NCBI RefSeq assembly: GCF_001183965.1
Contig: NZ_LFZV01000001.1
Span: 1,198,438 to 1,222,437, forward strand
DNA: 24,000 nt
Direction: 5' to 3'
Source: Bacillus sp. FJAT-27916
Lineage (GTDB): Bacteria > Bacillota > Bacilli > Bacillales > Pradoshiaceae
In this document: positions 17,338 through 24,000 of the stretch, piece by piece
Layout of the letters: each line of letters starts with the position of its first letter
Position numbering within the stretch: position 1 is the stretch's first letter
Position numbers and translations under genes: made by a program
The notes under the pieces: model-generated
What the model was told of the DNA's origin: nothing
What the model saw: the letters and a program-made list of their open reading frames with translations, nothing else
Database searches by the model: none

Positions 17338-18195
17338 ATGCCAGCAAACATATTAGACGGAAAAGCCATATCGGCCTCTATTAGAGAGGACATTGCCAAG
17401 GAGGTTGAAATACTGAAGGGCAAAGGGGTAACCCCGGGGCTTGCAGTTATATTAGTTGGAGATGACCAAGCTTCTCATACATATGTCAGGAACAAGGAAA
17501 AGGCTTGTGAACAGCTTGGGATGTACTCGGAGCTTATCAAGCTTCCTGCCTCTGTCACGGAAGAGGAATTGCTTGGTCGTTTACGTGAATTAAATGCTGA
17601 TCCAAGGATAAACGGCATATTGGTTCAATTGCCATTGCCAAAGCACATTGATGAAAAGCTCGTCATCGAAACCATTGACCCTGCAAAGGATGTCGATGGC
17701 TTCCATCCTATTAATATTGGGCGCATGATGACGAAACAAGAAGCTCTTCTTCCGTGTACGCCATTTGGCATTCTGAAGATGGTAAAGGAAACGGGAATTG
17801 ACATTAAAGGAAAGCATGTCGTTGTTATCGGCCGAAGCAATATTGTCGGTAAGCCGGTTGGACAGCTTTTCCTTAATGAGGATGCAACAGTTACCTACTG
17901 TCATTCCAGAACGAAGGATTTGAGAGCCTTCACCACTCAAGCGGATATATTGATCGCCGCTGTCGGGGTCGCAAAAATGGTTAAAGCGGAGGATGTCAAA
18001 GAGGGAGCAATCGTCATTGATGTCGGCATGAACCGGGATGAGGAAAATAAGCTTTGCGGGGATGTTGATTACACGGATGTCGCCCCTAAGGCCTCCTACA
18101 TTACCCCTGTGCCAGGCGGTGTAGGACCAATGACCATCACGATGCTGATGTACAATACTGTTCAGGCAGCAAAGATGGTCCAAAAGCAATCATAA
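17338..18195 (+). CDS. folD: Bifunctional methylenetetrahydrofolate dehydrogenase/cyclohydrolase
   Basis: 285 aa with [53 protein letters not shown] and [10 protein letters not shown]. Confidence 0.97.
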   Translation: MPANILDGKAISASIREDIAKEVEILKGKGVTPGLAVILVGDDQASHTYVRNKEKACEQLGMYSELIKLPASVTEEELLGRLRELNADPRINGILVQLPLPKHIDEKLVIETIDPAKDVDGFHPINIGRMMTKQEALLPCTPFGILKMVKETGIDIKGKHVVVIGRSNIVGKPVGQLFLNEDATVTYCHSRTKDLRAFTTQADILIAAVGVAKMVKAEDVKEGAIVIDVGMNRDEENKLCGDVDYTDVAPKASYITPVPGGVGPMTITMLMYNTVQAAKMVQKQS

Positions 18196-18211
18196 ATTTC
18201 AATGTTACCTG

Positions 18212-18257
18212 AAAGCTGCCGGAAATTGCTATAATGAGATTTGCGGCAGCTTTTTTT
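18212..18257 (+). terminator. Terminator-like hairpin between folD and xseA
   Basis: AAAGCTGCCG (18212-18221) pairs with CGGCAGCTTT (18244-18253). It extends inward by AAAT/ATTT, and 7 T follow. The loop contains TTGCTATAATG. Confidence 0.6.
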
Positions 18258-18292
18258 CTATGGATGAATATTATGCCAAGGAGGCCATGCCA

Positions 18293-19645
18293 ATGGACAA
18301 AAATCAATATTTAACAGTGGCCGCCCTCACGAAATACATTAAGCGCAAGTTTGATGCAGACCCTAATTTAGATAATATTTATTTGAAAGGGGAAATCTCA
18401 AACTTCAAAAGGCATTCAAGCGGACATATGTATCTAACGTTAAAGGATGAGAAATCACGCATTAATGCTGTCATGTTCGCTCAATCGGCAAGAGGGCTTG
18501 CCTTTGACCCTGAGAATGGGATGAAGGTGCTTTTGCGAGGAGAGGTCCGTGTATACGAGCCGACAGGCGGCTATCAAATGTACATAAAAGAAATGATGCC
18601 TGATGGAATTGGAGAATTATTTATCGCTTATGAGCAATTGAAGAAAAAGCTCGAGCAGGAAGGTCTTTTCGACATTCGGCATAAACAGCCAATTCCAGCA
18701 TTTCCAGCGAGAATCGGAGTCATTACCTCCCCGACTGGAGCAGCGATAAGAGACATCATCACGACCCTAAAGAGGCGTTACCCAATTGGAGAGGTCCTCA
18801 TTTTCCCTGCACTCGTCCAAGGACAACAGGCAGCGCCGTCCATCGTTAACGCCATTGAGACGGCGAATCAGCATCCAATTGATGTCTTGATTGTCGGGCG
18901 CGGAGGCGGGTCTATCGAGGAGCTATGGGCCTTTAATGAGGAACCTGTCGCCCGAGCCATCTTTAATTCACAGATTCCGGTTATCTCAGCTGTCGGACAT
19001 GAAACAGATACGACGATCAGTGACTTCGTTGCTGACCTGAGGGCACCGACACCAACAGGGGCAGCGGAAATGGCTGCACCAAAGGTGAGTGATATCGCTG
19101 AGAGAATCAAGATGATGGAAGCAAAAATCAGCCGCTATACAACGCAACGTATTGAAAGTGAAAAGAAACGACTCGTGTCAATAGAAAAATCTTATGCCTT
19201 TAAATACCCGCATCTGCTGTATCAGCAAAAGATGGAACAGCTGGACCGAGTGACGGAGCGGATTGCACGCAACAGTACACTTTACTTTGAACGTAAAGGA
19301 GACAAGCTCGAGCACTTGGCGAAGATGATTGAACGTCATAATCCGCTGAGCACAATCTCGAAGAAATCAGCGGATATCATACAGCTGCAGGGACGAATGA
19401 CAAGGGCAGAGGCAGCCATTATTCGGAGTAAGCAGCAGGCATACTTAAACAGGGTGTCTCTCTTAAAGGCTGTGAGTCCGCTCAAGATTATGGAGAAAGG
19501 CTTCGGCCTTGTTTATAATGAGCAGGATGAACTGATTAAGACAAGGGATTCGGTGAAGGCCGGCGATCGATTGACCGTTGTCATCCAGGACGGAAAGCTG
19601 GATTGTACCGTTAATGAGATTAGGGAGAGTGATTCCAATGACTAA
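18293..19645 (+). CDS. xseA: Exodeoxyribonuclease VII large subunit
   Basis: 450 aa starting from MDKNQYLTVAALTKYIKRKFD, which parallels the B. subtilis XseA N-terminus. ATG 18293 lies 8 nt after AAGGAGG. The track start at 18260 overlaps the upstream terminator T-tract. Confidence 0.93.
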   Translation: MDKNQYLTVAALTKYIKRKFDADPNLDNIYLKGEISNFKRHSSGHMYLTLKDEKSRINAVMFAQSARGLAFDPENGMKVLLRGEVRVYEPTGGYQMYIKEMMPDGIGELFIAYEQLKKKLEQEGLFDIRHKQPIPAFPARIGVITSPTGAAIRDIITTLKRRYPIGEVLIFPALVQGQQAAPSIVNAIETANQHPIDVLIVGRGGGSIEELWAFNEEPVARAIFNSQIPVISAVGHETDTTISDFVADLRAPTPTGAAEMAAPKVSDIAERIKMMEAKISRYTTQRIESEKKRLVSIEKSYAFKYPHLLYQQKMEQLDRVTERIARNSTLYFERKGDKLEHLAKMIERHNPLSTISKKSADIIQLQGRMTRAEAAIIRSKQQAYLNRVSLLKAVSPLKIMEKGFGLVYNEQDELIKTRDSVKAGDRLTVVIQDGKLDCTVNEIRESDSND

Positions 19646-19871
19646 GGAACAGTCAAACATTACTTTTGAGGAAGCGATGGAAAAGCTTGAAAAAATCGTA
19701 GGGCGTTTAGAGGATGGAGAGGTGCCGCTGGAGGAATCCATTAATCTTTATAAAGAGGGAATGGAATTATCCAAATGGTGCCATGATAAGCTAAAGACCG
19801 CCGAGGAGCAGCTTACGCTTATCATGAAAGACGATGCGTTAAAACCATTCTCTATTGAAGAGGAGGAATAA
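19638..19871 (+). CDS. xseB: Exodeoxyribonuclease VII small subunit
   Basis: 77 aa reading MTKEQSNITFEEAMEKLEKIVGRLEDGEVPLEESI.LYKEG. ATG overlaps the xseA stop (ATGACTAA). SD is GGGAGAG. The longer track ORF starting at 19578 lies inside xseA. Confidence 0.92.
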   Translation: MTKEQSNITFEEAMEKLEKIVGRLEDGEVPLEESINLYKEGMELSKWCHDKLKTAEEQLTLIMKDDALKPFSIEEEE

Positions 19872-19873
19872 GC

Positions 19874-20764
19874 GTGGCAGAGCTGCTGGAGGCCTTTTCT
19901 CGAGAATATAAGCGAAAGATTGAAGAGAGAATGAAGGGTATTGTCTCTGATTTGAATACGCCTGAAAACCTAAGGTCTGCCATGAATTATTCATTGGAGG
20001 CAGGAGGGAAAAGACTTCGCCCGCTGCTTGTTCTTGCTGTATTGCGTGCATTTGGGAAAAATCCGCTGATTGGTCTTGATACGGCCTGTGCGATTGAAAT
20101 GATTCATACGTATTCATTAATACATGACGATTTGCCGAGCATGGATGACGACGACCTGCGCCGAGGTAAGCCGACTAATCATAAGGTGTATGGCGAGGCA
20201 ACAGCGATCCTTGCTGGCGATGGATTACTCACCCTAGCTTTTGGGGTGATTGCTAACCAAGAGCAAGCTCGGCAGAACCCGGCCGTTGCCCTTGAATTGG
20301 TTGCTGAGCTTTCCAAGGCTGCGGGTGCAGAAGGAATGGTCGGCGGGCAGGTTGCTGATATGGAAGGTGAAATGAGGAACTTGAGTTTATCAGAGCTTGA
20401 ATACATCCATGTACATAAAACTGGTAAACTGTTATCCTACAGCATTCTTGCAGGGGCCATTTTAGCTGGTGCTGATGATTGGGAGAAGGAGCATTTGCAG
20501 ACGTATGCCCATCATCTTGGACTTGCCTTTCAAATCAGGGACGATATCCTCGATATCGAAGGAAGCGAAAGCAAGATTGGCAAGCCGGTGGGAAGTGATG
20601 AAACGAATCATAAGAGCACCTATCCTTCTCTCCTTTCCATGGAGGGGGCTAAGGAGAAGCTGGGTTTCCATGTTAATATGGCAAATGAAGCGCTCGGAAA
20701 TACTAATTTCCAAGCCGGCATATTAGCTGAAATGCTGGAATTAGTTGCAAAAAGAGACCATTGA
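19874..20764 (+). CDS. ispA: Farnesyl-diphosphate synthase ((2E,6E)-FPP synthase)
   Basis: 296 aa with the first Asp-rich motif IHDDLPSMDDDDLRRG and the second FQIRDDILD. GTG start follows GAGGAGGA. Confidence 0.93.
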   Translation: MAELLEAFSREYKRKIEERMKGIVSDLNTPENLRSAMNYSLEAGGKRLRPLLVLAVLRAFGKNPLIGLDTACAIEMIHTYSLIHDDLPSMDDDDLRRGKPTNHKVYGEATAILAGDGLLTLAFGVIANQEQARQNPAVALELVAELSKAAGAEGMVGGQVADMEGEMRNLSLSELEYIHVHKTGKLLSYSILAGAILAGADDWEKEHLQTYAHHLGLAFQIRDDILDIEGSESKIGKPVGSDETNHKSTYPSLLSMEGAKEKLGFHVNMANEALGNTNFQAGILAEMLELVAKRDH

Positions 20765-20811
20765 TTGCCCATCGTTTCCACTGACATCCACTTACGTCCA
20801 TTTAAGTTGTG

Positions 20812-20820
20812 TGCTATACT
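20812..20820 (+). promoter_or_regulatory. Extended -10 (TGcTATACT), candidate promoter for the OLE RNA gene
   Basis: TGnTATACT lies at 20812-20820. The -35 region is poor (TTACGT). Read-through from ispA is equally possible because no terminator follows ispA. Confidence 0.35.
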
Positions 20821-20824
20821 AATT

Positions 20825-21456
20825 GTACATTTCGAGTGGTGCAGTATTCTAGTCGGTCTACCGTTCTGGAGGGTGAGGCTAAAAATTCACTAGAGGGCAC
20901 ATCGATGAAGTTCGTTGGATTGGCTCGGAGCGCCCAGCTTTGGGTCGGTCCAGGGAGTAAGGAATTAGGGCGATCCACAATGGCATGTGGGCGATGACCC
21001 TGATTCCGCGGAGGCTTTATTCTCCTTTTGCAAGGGGGATATTGAAAAACCTGCATATCAGGAAACTGCGTGCAGCGTAGCCTGCCTTGAGTGAAGTATG
21101 AGGGGATTGCGTACTAGGCATATACATCAGTTGGCCATTGATATATTTGCTGGTCTGTCATGCATGAAATCTGCTTTGCAAAAGAGGCTAAGGAATTGGT
21201 TAAAGGCCGCCGGGGAAATCCCCTAGACTGTTCGTTCAATGACATATATAGAGGATTAAGGTGCGGACTAAGTGGCAATCCAGTCCAGCTTTCGGAGACG
21301 GGGCTGAGTTGGCTTTAAAGGGAAACCGCCGAGATGGCGACATTCGGCAGCTGATTGGGAAATCCTACTGGACCTAAGCCGTAAAATTAACTCTATTTAT
21401 GGCCACTCGTTTCTATACGAAAAGAACAAAGCTTGCGCTTAGCAAGCTTTATTTTA
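20825..21456 (+). ncRNA. ole: OLE (ornate, large, extremophilic) RNA, boundaries approximate
   Basis: The ~630-nt gap between ispA and a 4-TM protein gene plus dxs is the canonical OLE genomic context. It contains only short, mutually overlapping ORFs on both strands, and none has an SD. GC is higher than in other spacers of the window.
Local helices:
- 20975-79/20986-90
- 21010-13/21022-25
- 21118-29/21139-50
- 21212-15/21220-23
- 21265-69/21282-86
- 21328-32/21344-48
A possible closing helix pairs 20833-40 with 21402-09. A terminal hairpin with U-tail lies at 21428-21456. I could not run a covariance model. Confidence 0.7.
21428..21456 (+). terminator. Hairpin + U-tail at the 3' end of the OLE region
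   Basis: AAAGCTTGC (21428-21436) pairs with GCAAGCTTT (21442-21450). The loop is GCTTA and ATTTTA follows. It is probably leaky, since oapA and dxs lie directly downstream. Confidence 0.55.
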
Positions 21457-21482
21457 CATACAGGATGTGTCTTACTTACAAC

Positions 21483-22094
21483 ATGAAGGAAACTCTAAAG
21501 AAGACAGCGAAATGGACAATTACGATCTCAATCATTACATTTATATTAGCAGCTATCTTTACCGTGGCCTCTACGCTTTCCTTAAAGGGGGTAAGCTTTA
21601 GTGTTGGTCTTGCGATTGTACTTGTCATTGTACTAATTGGCATATTCTTTGATATGATTGGAATTGCAGCAACCGCCGCAGATGAAACGCCCTTTCATGC
21701 AATGGCATCGAAGCGGATTCACGGCGCGAAGCATTCCATTCGGATTATACGGAATGCAGACCGATTCGCGAGCTTTTGCAATGATGTGATTGGTGATATC
21801 TCTGGGATTGTAAGCGGGACAGCGGCTGCCCTCGTTATTACGCAGCTGGCTCTTCGTTTCCAATGGGGCGAAGCGTCTCCATCAGAGAGTATCAGTTCCA
21901 TCGTTCTGACGAGTACGATCGCAGCATTAACCGTCGGAGGCAAAGCGATGGGAAAGACATTTGCCATCCAGCATTCTAAAGATATTATCTTTGGAGTCGG
22001 AAAAATGTTATCCTTTCTTGAGCGAAACTTCCAAATTGTTATAATAAAAGAAAATAGGGGCAAAACGACTCAAAAGAATACGAAACGAAAGTGA
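21483..22094 (+). CDS. oapA: OLE-associated protein A (four-TM membrane protein)
   Basis: 203 aa from MKETLKK, with four predicted TM helices and a Lys/Arg-rich C-terminal tail (KENRGKTTQKNTKRK). It lies immediately downstream of the OLE-like RNA and abuts dxs. The track start at 21399 would translate through the 21428-21456 hairpin. ATG 21465 is another option. No strong SD precedes any of the three candidate starts. Confidence 0.7.
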   Translation: MKETLKKTAKWTITISIITFILAAIFTVASTLSLKGVSFSVGLAIVLVIVLIGIFFDMIGIAATAADETPFHAMASKRIHGAKHSIRIIRNADRFASFCNDVIGDISGIVSGTAAALVITQLALRFQWGEASPSESISSIVLTSTIAALTVGGKAMGKTFAIQHSKDIIFGVGKMLSFLERNFQIVIIKENRGKTTQKNTKRK

Positions 22095-23999
22095 GTGATC
22101 CTGTTGGATCTATTGTCTATAAAGGACCCATCTTTTTTAAAGAAGATGACAAACGCAGAACTTGAAGCGTTGTCACAGGAAATAAGAACATTTTTGATTG
22201 AGCAGCTGTCAAAGACCGGCGGGCATATCGGCCCAAACCTAGGGGTAGTTGAACTTACCATTGCCTTGCATAAGGAGTTTAACAGCCCAAAGGATAAATT
22301 GTTATGGGATGTCGGCCACCAAAGCTATGTACACAAAATATTGACCGGACGCGCAAGCCAATTTGATACACTCCGTCAATACAAAGGACTGTGCGGCTTT
22401 CCAAAGATGAACGAAAGCAAGCATGATGTATGGGAAACAGGTCATAGCTCAACCTCCTTGTCGGCGGCGATGGGAATGGCCATTGCCCGGGATTTAAAAA
22501 AGGAGAAAAGCTATATTGTGCCTATTATCGGAGATGGTGCCCTGACAGGCGGCATGGCGCTTGAAGCCCTTAATCATATCGGCCATGAGAAAAAGGATAT
22601 GATTGTGGTCCTAAATGATAATGAAATGTCTATCGCACCGAATGTCGGTGCCCTGCACTCCATTCTTGGCCGGATGAGAACAGCCGGGAAGTATAATTAT
22701 GTCAAAGACGAACTGGAGCTTCTTCTTAAGAAAATCCCTGCAGTCGGCGGTAAGCTTGCAACTACAGCTGAACGCGTGAAGGATTCCCTTAAGTATCTCT
22801 TAGTGAGCGGAATGTTTTTCGAGGAGCTTGGGTTTACGTATCTCGGACCTGTTGATGGACATAACTTTGATGAATTATCTGAAAACCTAAAATATGCTAA
22901 AAAGACGAAAGGCCCTGTTTTGCTTCATGTGATTACGAAGAAGGGCAAAGGCTATGATCCTGCTGAAACGGATGCCGTAGGAACTTGGCATGGGACGGGT
23001 CCATATAAGATGGAAACTGGGGACATTATTAAGGAAGTCAATGCTCCTCCAGCTTGGAGTGCACTCGTCAGTGAAACTGTCAGACGGCTTGCACGCGAGG
23101 ATGACCGTATAGTTGCCATTACACCGGCGATGCCGGTAGGCTCTAAGCTTCTTGGGTTTGCTAGTGAATTCCCGGATAGAATGTTTGATGTCGGCATTGC
23201 GGAGCAGCATGCCACCACCGTTGCAGCCGGGCTTGCGACTCAAGGGATGAAGCCATTTTTAGCCATCTATTCTACGTTCCTTCAGCGTGCCTATGACCAA
23301 ATGCTGCATGACATTTGCCGCCAGAAATTAAATGTCTTTGTCGGGATCGATCGTGCCGGCCTTGTCGGTGCTGATGGAGAGACACATCAAGGGGTATTTG
23401 ATATATCCTTCCTGCGTTCAATGCCGAATCTAGTGCTGATGATGCCTAAAGATGAGAATGAAGGGCAGCATATGGTTAATACAGCTATTAAATATAATGA
23501 TGGTCCAATCGCGATGCGCTTCCCAAGAGGAAATGGTCTTGGTGTTGAGATGGATGAAGAATTAGAAATTATTCCAATCGGCACATGGGAAGTCCTTCGA
23601 GAAGGGAAGGATGCTGTTATTTTAACATTTGGAACGACTATTCCAATGGCGCTTGAAGCGGCAGAGGCAATGGCTCAGAAAGGCGTACAAGTTAAGGTCG
23701 TCAATGCTCGTTTCATCAAACCGCTTGATGCAGCTATGCTCTCTGAAATCTTGGCATCCAATCTTCCAATTCTCACTATTGAGGAGGCTGTCCTTGAAGG
23801 CGGGTTTGGCAGTGCCGTTTTAGAATTCGCTGAGGAGCACAGCTTTTCCCAAGCATATATTAAACGGATGGGAATTCCTGATGAATTTGTTGAACATGGC
23901 AGCGTAAGCAGGCTTCTTGCAGATATTCACTTGACTACAGAAGCTGCCATTGAACATTTAACGAAAATGACCTATAAAGAAACGAAAAAGGCGTATTAA
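22095..23999 (+). CDS. dxs: 1-deoxy-D-xylulose-5-phosphate synthase
   Basis: 634 aa with very high similarity to B. subtilis Dxs as I recall it ([41 protein letters not shown] thiamin-diphosphate motif, GIAEQHA). GTG 22095 directly abuts the oapA stop. TTG 22104 would reproduce the B. subtilis-like MDLLSI N-terminus. Confidence 0.96.
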   Translation: MILLDLLSIKDPSFLKKMTNAELEALSQEIRTFLIEQLSKTGGHIGPNLGVVELTIALHKEFNSPKDKLLWDVGHQSYVHKILTGRASQFDTLRQYKGLCGFPKMNESKHDVWETGHSSTSLSAAMGMAIARDLKKEKSYIVPIIGDGALTGGMALEALNHIGHEKKDMIVVLNDNEMSIAPNVGALHSILGRMRTAGKYNYVKDELELLLKKIPAVGGKLATTAERVKDSLKYLLVSGMFFEELGFTYLGPVDGHNFDELSENLKYAKKTKGPVLLHVITKKGKGYDPAETDAVGTWHGTGPYKMETGDIIKEVNAPPAWSALVSETVRRLAREDDRIVAITPAMPVGSKLLGFASEFPDRMFDVGIAEQHATTVAAGLATQGMKPFLAIYSTFLQRAYDQMLHDICRQKLNVFVGIDRAGLVGADGETHQGVFDISFLRSMPNLVLMMPKDENEGQHMVNTAIKYNDGPIAMRFPRGNGLGVEMDEELEIIPIGTWEVLREGKDAVILTFGTTIPMALEAAEAMAQKGVQVKVVNARFIKPLDAAMLSEILASNLPILTIEEAVLEGGFGSAVLEFAEEHSFSQAYIKRMGIPDEFVEHGSVSRLLADIHLTTEAAIEHLTKMTYKETKKAY

Positions 24000-24000
24000 A

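Noticed and set aside
17590-18189. 199-aa antisense ORF inside folD
   Set aside because: It is a shadow of a highly conserved gene, and nothing independent supports it.
20968-20995. Direct repeat GGGCGAT flanking the 20975-20990 hairpin
   Set aside because: It is a 7-nt repeat within a structured RNA. It more likely reflects alternative or adjacent pairing than a mobile-element target duplication, and no transposase or inverted terminal repeats are nearby.
20809-21056. 62-aa (+, 20809-20997) and 80-aa (-, 20814-21056) ORFs in the ispA-dxs spacer
   Set aside because: They overlap each other on opposite strands and have no SD. Their composition is odd (Arg/Pro/Gly/Trp-rich, with no recognisable domain). 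They lie within a region better explained as a structured RNA.
1-24000. CRISPR arrays, IS elements, prophage genes, tRNA/rRNA genes
   Set aside because: Reading both strands, I saw no regularly spaced repeats, transposase or integrase ORFs, or tRNA-like or rRNA-like sequences. Gene order is that of a core chromosomal region.

Overview
This window is a conserved core chromosomal segment of an endospore-forming Bacillaceae genome. By eye the GC content is in the low 40s percent, and gene order largely follows the B. subtilis yqh/yqi region. I support 26 CDSs. On the + strand unless marked, they are nrdJ (class II RNR), splB, a YqhO-like patatin lipase, yqhP(-), yqhQ(-), yqhR, Xaa-Pro aminopeptidase, efp, the complete spoIIIAA-AH operon, accB, accC, an Asp23-family gene, nusB, folD, xseA, xseB, ispA, a small 4-TM protein gene and dxs. 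The one large element the ORF track cannot explain is the ~630-nt helix-rich spacer between ispA and the 4-TM gene. It has no convincing ORF. From synteny, size and structure I call it an OLE (ornate, large, extremophilic) RNA gene followed by its membrane partner oapA. That RNP is already described but mechanistically poorly understood, and it is absent from B. subtilis. Secondary oddities are listed below.
- The spoIIIAH-accB spacer is enlarged to 526 bp. It is AT-rich and carries a perfect 7-1-7 palindrome matching the classical Fur box at 16/19 positions.
- Two intrinsic terminators sit in tandem after efp.
- A terminator-like hairpin between folD and xseA has a TGnTATAAT motif in its loop.
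- Several ORF-track starts look too long, because the first codon sits inside the SD sequence.
I see no CRISPR array, mobile element, tRNA/rRNA gene or defence island. I see no convincing evidence for a truly undescribed protein-coding system here.
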